In this document: one piece after another, positions 37,564 to 47,455 of the stretch
How positions within the stretch are numbered: the first letter of the stretch is position 1
Layout of the letters: each line of letters starts with the position of its first letter
NCBI GenBank assembly: GCA_965648905.1
Contig: CBFGIT010000002.1
Coordinates: 32,001 to 96,000 of the forward strand
DNA from: a candidate division WOR-3 bacterium
GTDB lineage: Bacteria; Hydrothermota; Tepidihabitantia; Tepidihabitantales; Tepidihabitantaceae
Reading direction: 5' to 3'
DNA: 64,000 nucleotides
Notes under the pieces: model-generated
What the model was told of the DNA's origin: nothing
What the model saw: only the letters and a program-made list of their open reading frames with translations
The model's database searches: none
Position numbers and translations under genes: made by a program

Positions 37564-40500
37564 ATGCGCACAGCAACTGTTTCTGTTCTTGGACTTGTTC
37601 TCGCCTCGGTCAGCTTTGCCTTGTCGCCCCTGGAGCAGGACAACGTGTTCTTCGACGGTGAGGTCTCAGCCAACAACGGTCGCGTCGTGCTGAGTACGTC
37701 TCTCGCACCCGCCCGGATGCCCGCCGGCTGGTATGCCAACGTTGAGGGACTTGATACCCTGACCGTGCTGCTTGCCGGCCAGCCGATCGCCGCGTTCGGC
37801 AAGGACAGGCTACCCAAGAGCCGCATCAAGGGGCTGGACTTGTCTCAGTATGCCGGCATGCTCCGACCCGGGAACAACCAGGTCGAGCTCCGCACCAGCC
37901 CGGGTCGGTTCTGGCTGCGGATGTGGACCAGCGACAACGCCTGGTACCCGAGCAACTTTCACGCCCACACCACCTACTCGGATGGCCGGTACTCAGTGCA
38001 CGACCTGCTGCAACTGGTGCTGGCCGAAGGTGCGCGGGCCTATGCGATAACCGACCACAACACCCTGGCCCAGTGCTACGACACCGCATTCCACCCGGTC
38101 GGGGAACTCAATCCGATTCGCGGGACCGAGTGGACATCACCCTTGGGCCACGCGAATATCCTCGGCCCGGAGGGTGCGACCTGGTTCGACTCAACGATGG
38201 CGGTGCGCCAGATGCTCGATGAAGCGAGTTACCGCGGCGGCACGGTGCAGATCAATCATCCGTGCGATGACGAGCTCGGATTCGGCTGGACCCGGTATCC
38301 GGTGCTCGATTCGAGCATCGACTGCATCGAGGTGTTCAACAATCTGACCTGGTTTCCCGGCGGCCCGCGCACCAACGACCGTGAGGCGCTTGCCTGGTGG
38401 CACAGCCTGCTGGTCGCCGGCCATACCATCGCGGCAACCGGCAATTCCGACTATCACGGCACGATTCCGGGTGAGGGCGGGCCCATGGAATCCCAGACCC
38501 GGGTCTGGGCACCGTCGAATCATCCGGACACGATCCTCAAGTACATGAAATTTGGCCAGGGGATGGTGCTCGATGAGTCGGACGATGGTCGCATCTACAT
38601 CTACGCCGACACCAACAACAACGGCTCATGGGACCTGGTCATGGGCCAGCACGCACGCGTGACATCGTCAAGGACGATCCGATTCCGGGCCGAGGTCGAA
38701 GACGCTGACTGGCTTGACGACTTCTGGGTCTACAACCGCTACGGCACAGTCCACAACCACTGGTTCACCAACCCCTTGGGTCCCTGGGACTACGCCTACG
38801 AATGGACCGCAAACTACAATGCCCAAAGCCGTGACTTTGTCCGCGCCTATCTTGAGAATGCTGCCAATGACCCGGAGCTTGCGACCAACCCGATATACGT
38901 CAACCATCCGGACTACGAGCTCGGCCCGACTCGGCTCTCAAGCCAGACCGTGAACCGACCCGACACCGTACTGGTCTTGAGTCCTGAAACCCTGCGGTTC
39001 CGGTTGACCAATGCGGTCGGGTTCTCGCCGTGGCGGTACGGCATTGCGTTCGCCTGCGACACCTCCCGGTTTGATATTATCCGCTGGCAGAGTTCAGGCC
39101 CGGGCATCGGCCAGGTCCAGTACCGCACCAGCGGCCGCTACCGCATCCTTGAGTGGCAGGGCGGGTACACCTGGAGCAACCGGCTTTCGGTCGGCACGAG
39201 TTTTGACTTCTGGCTTGTGGTCCGTGCCCGGGCGCGGGGCAACCAGCAGGTTCTGTTTCGGAGTTGGGCTCACGACCGGATTCAGCTTGTCGAGCTCGAG
39301 CCCAGGACCGGGTTCTTCGGGCCTGAGGCACGGGTCTGGCATTGCGAAACGGTCTTCGTCAAGGCCATGGACGTCCAGCCGGTCTCGATTGAAATCCCAG
39401 CCGCGGTCATGGACTCGTCTGGTCCGATTGTGCCGCAGGTGACCGTGCGCAACAACGGCAACGCGCCGGTTGACTTCGGCGTGGTGATGAACATCGGGTC
39501 GGGTTACTCCGGCTCGGCAAGTGTGACCGGGCTCGGGCCCGGAGCCGCAAGACAGGTCAGTCTCAGCCCGGCGTGGCAGCCGGCACGTGGCGAACAAGCA
39601 ATCCGCTGTGTCACGTTGCTGGCCGGGGACTGCGTTCCGGAAAACGACACACTCTGGTCCTCGGTCCTGGTCCGGGTCCACGATGCGGCTGCGGTCGCAG
39701 TGACCAGCCCGCAATCAAGAATCCCGGCTGGTCGAATCACGCCCGTGGCCAAGGTACGCAACCGAGGAACCGAACGCGAGCCGGTCAAGGTCTTCTTTTG
39801 TATCAATTCAGTTCCGGTTTATGCCGAGTCGGTCGAACTGACTGAAGGCCTGCCGGTTGACGTCGACACCTTGATTGCCTTTCCGGACTGGGTTGCCGCC
39901 CATGGCAGTTATCTGGCCCGGTGCTCGACCGCTCTGGTACAAGATCAGCAGCCGGGCAACGATACCGTGAGCCTCCACTTTGTCGTTGGCCCGACAGGCC
40001 AGACCGGCTGGCAGGAGCGGGCGAATCTGCCCAATTCTGCCCGGGTCGGTGCGTTCCTGGTCAGCGACCAGGCAACGATGAAGGTTTACGGTGCTCCAGG
40101 CGGCAAGGCTTCGGACTTCTACGCCTATGACCCGGGGGGCGACTCTTGGAGTCGGCGCTGTCCGATTCCGGCCGGGGTTGAGAACAAGCCGGCAGGCAAG
40201 GGCGCCAATGCCTGTGCTGCGGGCAACGGCACACTCTACACGGTGAAAGGCAACAACACCCAGGCCTTCTACCGCTACGACGCGGTGCACGATTCATGGG
40301 CAGCGCTTGCGTCAATTCCACTCGGCACCTCGAACAAGCGGGTGAAAGGCGGCGCTGATATCGCCTGCGCCGATGGCCGCGTCTACCTTGTCAAAGGCGA
40401 CCGGAATGAGTTCTACCGCTACGAACCGGCAGGCGACTCCTGGACTACGCTCACCCCCATCCCCGCAGCAACGCCTAGGTTCGGAGCCGGCTCTTTTGCG

Positions 40501-41235
40501 GTCTACGATGGCAACCGGACCATCTACGTGCATCAGGCCAAGTACAACGACATGTTCGCCTACGATATCACCACCGGCGAGTGGCGGCAGATGCCTTCCG
40601 GCATGCCGCTGGTCGGTCGCGCGGGCAAGTCCAGAAAGGCGAAGGACGGCAGCAGTGGTGCATGGCTCGAAAACCGGCTGTACTCGCTCAAAGGCGGCAA
40701 CACCTCTGAGTTCTGGCGCTACTCGGCGGCTGCGGATTCGTGGCACGAGATGGAAGAGCTGCCCCTGCTTGGTTCCAGCGGCAGCAAGAAGAAGGTCAAG
40801 GCTGGTGCTGACCTGACTGATTATGTCTCAGGCCAGACAGGTGTCTGCTACGCGTTCAAAGGCAGCAAGACCCGAGAGTTCTGGTGCTACACGCCGGGAG
40901 CAACGCTCTGCGCCTCGCGCTTTGCGCCCGACGCGAGAACCGGTGTCCAGTCCAGTACGATGCACGAGGCGTCCGGCACGGTGCGGGTCTTCCCTAATCT
41001 GCTTCGAGCCGGCTTCGCGACCATCAGGCTGGATGAACAAGTGGCCCACTGGTCCAGTGGTCCGGTGAAAGTCAGTATCATCGATGTCGCCGGTCGTGTT
41101 GTCCGCCATTCGTCATTCGTCATTCGGACCTCGTCCTTGCCGCTTGACCTCGGCGGCCTGAGTGCCGGCGTCTACACCGTGCGTCTGGCCGCAGGCGGCT
41201 ACCAGGCAAGTCAGAGAATCGTCATCCCGCGCTGA
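37564..41235 (+). CDS. Secreted PHP-family metallohydrolase with CARDB-like domains, Kelch-like propeller and T9SS-like tail
   Basis: HAHTTYSDG, ITDHN, GTEW, NHP, IEVFN, SDYH; KGNNT/KGGNT..FWRY repeats; tail LSAGVY. Confidence 0.88.
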   Translation: MRTATVSVLGLVLASVSFALSPLEQDNVFFDGEVSANNGRVVLSTSLAPARMPAGWYANVEGLDTLTVLLAGQPIAAFGKDRLPKSRIKGLDLSQYAGMLRPGNNQVELRTSPGRFWLRMWTSDNAWYPSNFHAHTTYSDGRYSVHDLLQLVLAEGARAYAITDHNTLAQCYDTAFHPVGELNPIRGTEWTSPLGHANILGPEGATWFDSTMAVRQMLDEASYRGGTVQINHPCDDELGFGWTRYPVLDSSIDCIEVFNNLTWFPGGPRTNDREALAWWHSLLVAGHTIAATGNSDYHGTIPGEGGPMESQTRVWAPSNHPDTILKYMKFGQGMVLDESDDGRIYIYADTNNNGSWDLVMGQHARVTSSRTIRFRAEVEDADWLDDFWVYNRYGTVHNHWFTNPLGPWDYAYEWTANYNAQSRDFVRAYLENAANDPELATNPIYVNHPDYELGPTRLSSQTVNRPDTVLVLSPETLRFRLTNAVGFSPWRYGIAFACDTSRFDIIRWQSSGPGIGQVQYRTSGRYRILEWQGGYTWSNRLSVGTSFDFWLVVRARARGNQQVLFRSWAHDRIQLVELEPRTGFFGPEARVWHCETVFVKAMDVQPVSIEIPAAVMDSSGPIVPQVTVRNNGNAPVDFGVVMNIGSGYSGSASVTGLGPGAARQVSLSPAWQPARGEQAIRCVTLLAGDCVPENDTLWSSVLVRVHDAAAVAVTSPQSRIPAGRITPVAKVRNRGTEREPVKVFFCINSVPVYAESVELTEGLPVDVDTLIAFPDWVAAHGSYLARCSTALVQDQQPGNDTVSLHFVVGPTGQTGWQERANLPNSARVGAFLVSDQATMKVYGAPGGKASDFYAYDPGGDSWSRRCPIPAGVENKPAGKGANACAAGNGTLYTVKGNNTQAFYRYDAVHDSWAALASIPLGTSNKRVKGGADIACADGRVYLVKGDRNEFYRYEPAGDSWTTLTPIPAATPRFGAGSFAVYDGNRTIYVHQAKYNDMFAYDITTGEWRQMPSGMPLVGRAGKSRKAKDGSSGAWLENRLYSLKGGNTSEFWRYSAAADSWHEMEELPLLGSSGSKKKVKAGADLTDYVSGQTGVCYAFKGSKTREFWCYTPGATLCASRFAPDARTGVQSSTMHEASGTVRVFPNLLRAGFATIRLDEQVAHWSSGPVKVSIIDVAGRVVRHSSFVIRTSSLPLDLGGLSAGVYTVRLAAGGYQASQRIVIPR

Positions 41236-41410
41236 CGCATGCGCCGGGAATGACGCCTTACGCGTTACGCTCTACGCTGGACGCCGGGGAGGGTGTCAGA
41301 CTACAAGCGGAGAAGTCACTAGGTTGATAAGCTGAGCTTCGGGACGTCGAGCGCGACTGCACAGACGGATGACCGGGATTGCGCCGGCCCGGTCGAGGCA
41401 TAAGCCTCAG

Positions 41411-41458
41411 GCCTGCCTGCGCGGGAATGGCAGGCAGGCGCGGGAATGGCAGGCAGGC
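41411..41458. repeat. 19-bp tandem duplication with inverted GCCTGCCTGC/GCAGGCAGGC arms
   Basis: GCGGGAATGGCAGGCAGGC occurs twice (41421-41439, 41440-41458), preceded by GCCTGCCTGC. Confidence 0.85.
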
Positions 41459-41735
41459 CGAAACAGTGGAGAACACCTCGAAGCAGACGGCGAGCGTCTC
41501 CCGGGTCGTAAAGAGGTCCCAGAGGGGCTTGCCGGTGGCATCGTCGGTCGCCAGGGTCAGGGTGTCCTCAGGTCGCCCGGTTCCGAGCCGGCGATGCGGG
41601 CTGCCGGCCGCAGTTACCGTTGTCAAGACGGACATTTTCCTCGTGCCATTTCCCTATGACATTATCGCTGTGCTGTCACAACGGGTGGCACGGTCGCTTG
41701 ACAGCGGCTGGTCTGACTCTATCATTGTACTCGCA

Positions 41736-42941
41736 GTGCAGCTTCCTGATTCGCTTGCCGTTTCCAACGAGAAGAAGATTCTGCTCGTCGTGCTCGATGG
41801 TCTGGGCGGTCTGCCGGTCGACGGTAAGACCGAGCTTGAGGCCGCGGCCACGCCGAATCTGGACCAGCTCGCAGCCCGCTCAAGCCTGGGGCTACACACG
41901 CCGGTCGGACTGGGCATCACGCCCGGCTCAGGTCCGGCCCATCTGGCACTCTTCGGTTACGACCCGGTCCGGTATCAGGTCGGCCGCGGGGTGCTTGAAG
42001 CACTCGGGGTTGGTCTGGACATCGGCCCGGATGACCTGTGCGGCCGGGCCAATTTCTCAACCATCGGCAAGGATGGTCTGCTCGTCGACCGACGGGCCGG
42101 TCGGATTGCCACCGACAAGTGTGCCGAGCTCTGTGTCCGGATTCGCAAGGCAGTTCCGGTGCTCGGCGACATCGAGGTCATCGTTCGGCCCGGCCGAGAG
42201 CACCGGTTCGTTGTCGTGTTCCGGGGGCCAGGGCTTGAGTCGGGGCTTTCCGATTCAGACCCGCTGCACGAAGGGGTCGCGCCGAACGAAGTTCGGGCCG
42301 AGACCCCGGCCGCGGAGAAGTCCGCACGCGCGGCCAATGCGTTCATCCGGGAATGCGCCCGGATTCTGGCTGATGAGCCGAAGGCAAACTACGTGCTGCT
42401 GCGCGGGCTCGATTCGCCGCCTCAGATACCGTCGATGCAGGAGCGGTTCAAGCTCAAGCCTGCCTGCGTTGCGTCGTATCCGATGTACAAAGGCCTTGCC
42501 CGACTGGTCGGCATGGACGTCATCGAGGCGGGCAGTTCATGGGAGGCCGAGCTTGCCGCGCTGCACGAGCAGATGAGGAACTATGACTTCTTCTTCCTGC
42601 ATCTGAAGGAAACGGACAAGGCGGGCGAAGACGGCGACTTCGAGACCAAGGTCGAGTTGATTGAGCGGTTCGACGAAGAAGTCCTGCCGCGACTGCTCCG
42701 GATGGGGTTCGACGTACTCTGCATCACCGGGGACCATTCCACGCCCACCAGGCTACGTGGCCATTCGTGGCATTCGGTTCCGTTCCTGCTTCATTCACCC
42801 TGGGGTCGAGCTACCGGGACACGGGACGAGTTCTCGGAAAAGGCCTGCCTGCACGGCGCGTTCGGCAGCCACACTCCTGCCTGCCTGCTGATGAACCTGA
42901 TGCTTGCCCACGCGCTCAAGCTGAGGAAGTTCGGGGCCTAG
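41736..42941 (+). CDS. apgM: 2,3-bisphosphoglycerate-independent phosphoglycerate mutase (ApgM type)
   Basis: VLDGLGG, TELEAAATPNLD, PGSGPAHLALFGYDP, DRRAGRI, GDHSTP and HSWH. GTG 10 nt after a TTGACA-16-TATCAT promoter. Confidence 0.93.
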   Translation: MQLPDSLAVSNEKKILLVVLDGLGGLPVDGKTELEAAATPNLDQLAARSSLGLHTPVGLGITPGSGPAHLALFGYDPVRYQVGRGVLEALGVGLDIGPDDLCGRANFSTIGKDGLLVDRRAGRIATDKCAELCVRIRKAVPVLGDIEVIVRPGREHRFVVVFRGPGLESGLSDSDPLHEGVAPNEVRAETPAAEKSARAANAFIRECARILADEPKANYVLLRGLDSPPQIPSMQERFKLKPACVASYPMYKGLARLVGMDVIEAGSSWEAELAALHEQMRNYDFFFLHLKETDKAGEDGDFETKVELIERFDEEVLPRLLRMGFDVLCITGDHSTPTRLRGHSWHSVPFLLHSPWGRATGTRDEFSEKACLHGAFGSHTPACLLMNLMLAHALKLRKFGA

Positions 42942-43504
42942 TGCCGCGGCGCGCCATCATCTCAGTCTGGGATAAGTCCGGTGTCGTTGAGCTGGCTCGG
43001 GCCCTGCACGGCGCCGGTTTCGAGATTCTTTCAACGTCCAAGACCGCGGCCGCAATACGTGCGGCGCAGATTCCGGTGATTGAGATATCAGACTACACCG
43101 GCTCGCCGGAAATCCTCGGCGGCCGGGTCAAGACCCTGCATCCCAAGATTGCCGGCGGCATACTCTCGACCCGCAAGGACAATACGGTTGAGCCGATTGA
43201 CGTTGTGGTCTGCAATCTGTATCCGTTTGCTGATGGCCTGGCACGGGGTGCCGGCCATGATGAGCTGGTCGAGCTGATCGACATCGGCGGCATAACGCTG
43301 TTGCGGGCCGCAGCCAAGAACCACGCCTTTGTGACGGTTGTGCCTGACCCAAAGTACTATGGTCGCGTTGCGGCCGAGCTTGCGGCCCGGGGCGAGGTCG
43401 GGTCTGAGCTACGCCTCGAGCTGGCCGCAGTTGCGTTCGACATCACCAGCCGGTACGACACAACCATCGCGCAGTACTTGGACCGGCTGCGTTCAAGCAG
43501 ATAG
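42941..43504 (+). CDS. Stand-alone IMP cyclohydrolase (PurH N-terminal MGS-like domain only)
   Basis: RAIISVWDKSG, YTGSPEILGGRVKTLHP, VCNLYPF, IDIGG and RAAAKN. Stops after YD..I. Confidence 0.88.
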   Translation: MPRRAIISVWDKSGVVELARALHGAGFEILSTSKTAAAIRAAQIPVIEISDYTGSPEILGGRVKTLHPKIAGGILSTRKDNTVEPIDVVVCNLYPFADGLARGAGHDELVELIDIGGITLLRAAAKNHAFVTVVPDPKYYGRVAAELAARGEVGSELRLELAAVAFDITSRYDTTIAQYLDRLRSSR

Positions 43505-43730
43505 CGGCTGCACGCCGCGCTTGCGCCACAGTTACTGAGTTGTATACTACTAGTAGTATTGCGTCGGACAGCAGCTACAATATGACGTGCCTGACGACGC
43601 ATATCGCGGATTAGCTCCGGGCTTATCCGGGTCTAACCGACGCGGGTTACAATCCCATCGTCGCGTCCAGGGAGCAAGAGCCCTGAGGTCGCGTCAAGTC
43701 AAGGACCAAAACCAACCAAAGGAGCATAGG

Positions 43731-46700
43731 ATGCGCAGGATAAGTATCGTGGCCGCACTTGCCATGTTGGTCAGTTCAAGCTGGGCAGCACCGTACCCAA
43801 TGGTCTTCAAATACCCGCAGTATGTGCAGGGCGGAGCAGCAGCCGGCACTCCCGGAACCGGCGTTCCTTTTGCCATACTGGTTGGAGTCAGGGCAGACGA
43901 GGCTTCGGGGATATATGGCTACCGGCCGAGGTTACTCCAGGCACCGGGCGGGGCAATTCGGCATCTGTTCTGGTCGGATTCGACTGCGGGTGGCGTTTCG
44001 CTGCGCAACCAGTTCATCACTGGAGATGCCGGTGCCTACGACAGCCTTTGCCGGTTGGTGATTTCTGCAGCGGGCGAGACAGCCCGGGTCTGGACGATGG
44101 TGAAGTCTACCGCAGCCGCGGTCGAGCGTGAGAGCATTCAGTTCAGACTGCGGCCCCTCGGCTCGGGGACCAACTACAACTCCGGGACTCGTGATACCCT
44201 GCGCATCATGGATATGACCCGGACCACCGGCAATGGCGGCTGGCTTGCCGGTCATGTTTTCCGCCAGAGCGGTGGGCCGAGGCTTTCGAATGCCGTGGTA
44301 CTGGCGTATTCGGGCGGCGCGATTGTCGGCTCGACCATCTCGGAGAACAACAAGATAAACGAAGGTTTCGACAGCACCGACGCCGGGTTCTTCCTGATGG
44401 CAGTCAAAGCCGGTCAGATTGACTCACTCCGCTTCTGCTCACGCACGAACTACTGGACCGACTCCGCACCGTACACACAGATACCCAGACCATGGGCTGT
44501 GTCACCGGGTGAAACCACCTGGGTTGATGCCGGCGCAATGATTCAAGGTGTGACCCGAACTCCGCAGTATCCGATGAGCAGCGAGAACGTGGTGGTCTCG
44601 GCGCGCATCTACAAGACTGGCGGCAGCGTCGTTTACGATACGCTGTATTACGCGGTGCGCGATACGACCGCCTGGAGCCGCGTCACCCGCGACAGTATCA
44701 GACAGAGCGATTCGACCTACTTTTACCACATTCCGCCCGGTGATACCGGAGCCACGGTCTACTACCGAATCGCCGTGTGGGACGACCTGAACAACCAGGT
44801 CATCACCCCCAGGCTGAGCTATCAGATACCTTTTGACCGCTCCATCTACCAGATTCAGTACACCAGTGGCGACACCTCGCCGGCCTATGGCAAGTATGTC
44901 CACACTGCCGGTATCGTGACCGGCGTTGTGACTCAGAACAAGACCTATGTCGGCACAAGAGAAGGTGGCCCGTGGAACGGTCTCTGCCTGTACCGTCGCG
45001 GCACGATTACCGATACCCTCGTGGTCGGTGACAGCCTCGATGTGCTGGCCGACGTGGTCGAGTTCAACAATCTGACCGAACTGGACACAGTTGTCCGGCT
45101 CGTCCGAAGCGGCTCAGGGCTCAGGTTCGACACAGCCCGAGTGTCGGTTGCCGAATCCAAACTGGAGTCACATGAAGGCGTCGTGCTCAGGCTTGACACA
45201 GTCCGAATGCTCGACGGCGTCGGCGGTCAGTTCCTGGCCGGAGGCTCGTACCGGCTCACCAACTTCGCCGGCACAGACACGACTGTTATCTACGTCACGA
45301 CCGGCTCGCAGTTTGTCGGCCGGACCGTACCTTCGGGTTGGTGCTATCTGGTTGCCAACGGCAGTCAATACCGAACCCAGCGGCAGCTTGACCCGAGGGT
45401 CCCGGGTGACCTGGCCGAGCTCGTGCCCGACGTGGCGGTGACCGCGATACTGGCACCGACCGATTCAGCAGTCGGCGGTGACACGGTTCGACCGACCGTG
45501 GTCGTCAGGAATCTGAGCACGCTGAATCCTGCCACAGATGTTCCGGTGCGGTTTCTTATCGGCTCGGTCTACAACGTGCAGCAGAATGTCGCCAGTCTTG
45601 GCCCAGGGGCGTCCGACACGGTCGTGTTCTCGCCCTGGGTTGCGGTCGGAGGCAGTTATCCGATGAGTGCATTCACTGCGCTGGCCGGCGACCCGAACCC
45701 GGCCAACGACACGGTCCGTGGTGCACTCGTCGTCGTGGTCCGTGACGTCGGCGCATACGTCATCAACCGGCCCCGGGCGGCCGAACAACTGGGCACAGCC
45801 CTGAGGCCGAGCGTCAGGGTCCGCAACTACGGCGGCGCGTCGGTCGTGTTCGACCTGAGACTAATCATCAAGAACAGCTCAGGTGCTACCGTGTACGACA
45901 CGACCGAAACCGGCATCGCGCTCTCGGGCAGTGGCTTTGTTGACCGCGAGTTCACCAAGACCTGGACCGCAGAGCCGGCCGGCACGTACAATGTGACCGC
46001 CTACACCAGCTTGGTCGGCGACACTGACCCGCTGAACGACACTGCCTACAGCGTCTGTGCAGTCAGCTCCGGCCCGGTCCTGCCCTGGGTCTGTATGAAC
46101 CGGTTGATGCCGACCACGCCGTCGAACCGCGAGATGAAAGACGGCGCCTGGCTGGCTGAGAAGGACAATCTCATCTACGCGGCCAAGGGCAACAAGAGCA
46201 CCGACTTCTACTGCTACTTCCCGGCCGCGGATTCCTGGAAGACTCTTGCCAGCATGCCGACCGGGCCGGACAACCGGACCATATCCAAAGGCGCGGCCGG
46301 AGTTGCCGGCGACCGGGATTACATCTACGCGACCAAAGGCAACAACACCAGTGAGTTCTGGCGCTACGACGCATCGCTCGATTCCTGGCGCCGCATGGCC
46401 GATGTTCCGCTCGGCACTTCGAACAAGAAGGTCAAGGGCGGGACCGACCTGGTCTACGTCAAGGCGACCGGTCCGGACCCGGGCCGCATCTATCTGCTCA
46501 AGGGATACAAGAACGAGTTCTACCGCTATGAAGTGAGCACGGATAGTTGGCGCACCCTGCCGCCGGCCCCGGTCGGCTCGAACATCCGCTGGGACAAAGG
46601 CTCCTGGCTGGCCTATCACGGCACTCCGGGCCAGGGCGAGTTCACCATCTTTGCCCACAAGGCTAAGTACCACGAGTTCTACGCTTTCGACGCCGGGGCC

Positions 46701-47345
46701 GATACTTGGTGCACGAAGTCGCTGACCGCCATGCCCCAGGTGAGCCGGACTACCGGCAAGACACGCAAGGCCAAGGACGGGTCGAGCGCGACCTGGTTCA
46801 ACGACGCGGTCTATGCGTTCAAGGGCGCCAACTCTCAGGAGTTCTGGCGCTACCGACCGGACGGCGACTCCTGGACCGAGATGGACACGATTCCTGCGGT
46901 CGGCGTGGCCAACAAGAAGAAGCGGGTCAAGGGCGGGGCCGACATCGTCACAGTCGGCAACGTGCTCTACGCGACCAAAGGGAACAAGAGCAGTGAAATC
47001 TGGCGGTACACGCCGGGAGCGACGCCTTACGCGTTACGCTCTACGCTGTACGCGGGGGAGGGTGTCCAGGCCGACATGATGCCTGAGGCGTCCGGCACAG
47101 TGCGGGTCTTCCCGAACCCGCTTCGAGCCGGCTTCGCGGCCGTGAGGCTGGGCGGTCAGGCCGCTGGTGGGCCGGTGCAGGTCAGCATCCTAGATGTCTC
47201 CGGTCGCTGCGTCCGCAATTCGTCATTCGTCATTCGGACCTCGTCCTTGCCGCTTGACCTCAGCGGCCTGCCGGTTGGTGTCTATACGTTAAGGCTCTCT
47301 GCGGGCGGCGTGACCGAGACCTCTCGACTGGTCATTCAGCACTAG
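43731..47345 (+). CDS. Large secreted protein with OB-fold-like region, CARDB-like domains, Kelch-like propeller and T9SS-like tail
   Basis: AAAGGAG RBS, signal peptide, IYQIQY...GIVTG...VGD...EFNNLTEL, PANDT repeats, KGN...FWRY repeats. Confidence 0.82.
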   Translation: MRRISIVAALAMLVSSSWAAPYPMVFKYPQYVQGGAAAGTPGTGVPFAILVGVRADEASGIYGYRPRLLQAPGGAIRHLFWSDSTAGGVSLRNQFITGDAGAYDSLCRLVISAAGETARVWTMVKSTAAAVERESIQFRLRPLGSGTNYNSGTRDTLRIMDMTRTTGNGGWLAGHVFRQSGGPRLSNAVVLAYSGGAIVGSTISENNKINEGFDSTDAGFFLMAVKAGQIDSLRFCSRTNYWTDSAPYTQIPRPWAVSPGETTWVDAGAMIQGVTRTPQYPMSSENVVVSARIYKTGGSVVYDTLYYAVRDTTAWSRVTRDSIRQSDSTYFYHIPPGDTGATVYYRIAVWDDLNNQVITPRLSYQIPFDRSIYQIQYTSGDTSPAYGKYVHTAGIVTGVVTQNKTYVGTREGGPWNGLCLYRRGTITDTLVVGDSLDVLADVVEFNNLTELDTVVRLVRSGSGLRFDTARVSVAESKLESHEGVVLRLDTVRMLDGVGGQFLAGGSYRLTNFAGTDTTVIYVTTGSQFVGRTVPSGWCYLVANGSQYRTQRQLDPRVPGDLAELVPDVAVTAILAPTDSAVGGDTVRPTVVVRNLSTLNPATDVPVRFLIGSVYNVQQNVASLGPGASDTVVFSPWVAVGGSYPMSAFTALAGDPNPANDTVRGALVVVVRDVGAYVINRPRAAEQLGTALRPSVRVRNYGGASVVFDLRLIIKNSSGATVYDTTETGIALSGSGFVDREFTKTWTAEPAGTYNVTAYTSLVGDTDPLNDTAYSVCAVSSGPVLPWVCMNRLMPTTPSNREMKDGAWLAEKDNLIYAAKGNKSTDFYCYFPAADSWKTLASMPTGPDNRTISKGAAGVAGDRDYIYATKGNNTSEFWRYDASLDSWRRMADVPLGTSNKKVKGGTDLVYVKATGPDPGRIYLLKGYKNEFYRYEVSTDSWRTLPPAPVGSNIRWDKGSWLAYHGTPGQGEFTIFAHKAKYHEFYAFDAGADTWCTKSLTAMPQVSRTTGKTRKAKDGSSATWFNDAVYAFKGANSQEFWRYRPDGDSWTEMDTIPAVGVANKKKRVKGGADIVTVGNVLYATKGNKSSEIWRYTPGATPYALRSTLYAGEGVQADMMPEASGTVRVFPNPLRAGFAAVRLGGQAAGGPVQVSILDVSGRCVRNSSFVIRTSSLPLDLSGLPVGVYTLRLSAGGVTETSRLVIQH

Positions 47346-47368
47346 CCGGCGCAACGCAGGCACACTGT

Positions 47369-47396
47369 TCCGGGGCGACCTCAGGGTCGCCCCGGA
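47369..47396. terminator. Hairpin between convergent genes
   Basis: TCCGGGGCGACC-TCAG-GGTCGCCCCGGA. Confidence 0.7.
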
Positions 47397-47455
47397 TGCT
47401 GGTTGACCAGGCAGTATCGTGTTGCTCTTCTCCGCGACCGCGGAGCGGCTTACCC

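Noticed and set aside
41379..41735. N-terminal extensions in the ORF track (apgM; also 1227, 5085, 14598, 18735, 27428, 42767, 43587)
   Set aside because: They run through promoters, tRNA or neighbouring genes; better starts with RBS or stop/start overlap lie downstream.
41242..47066. Diversity-generating retroelement TR/VR pair
   Set aside because: No reverse transcriptase in the window, the repeat is short, and the mismatches are not confined to adenines.
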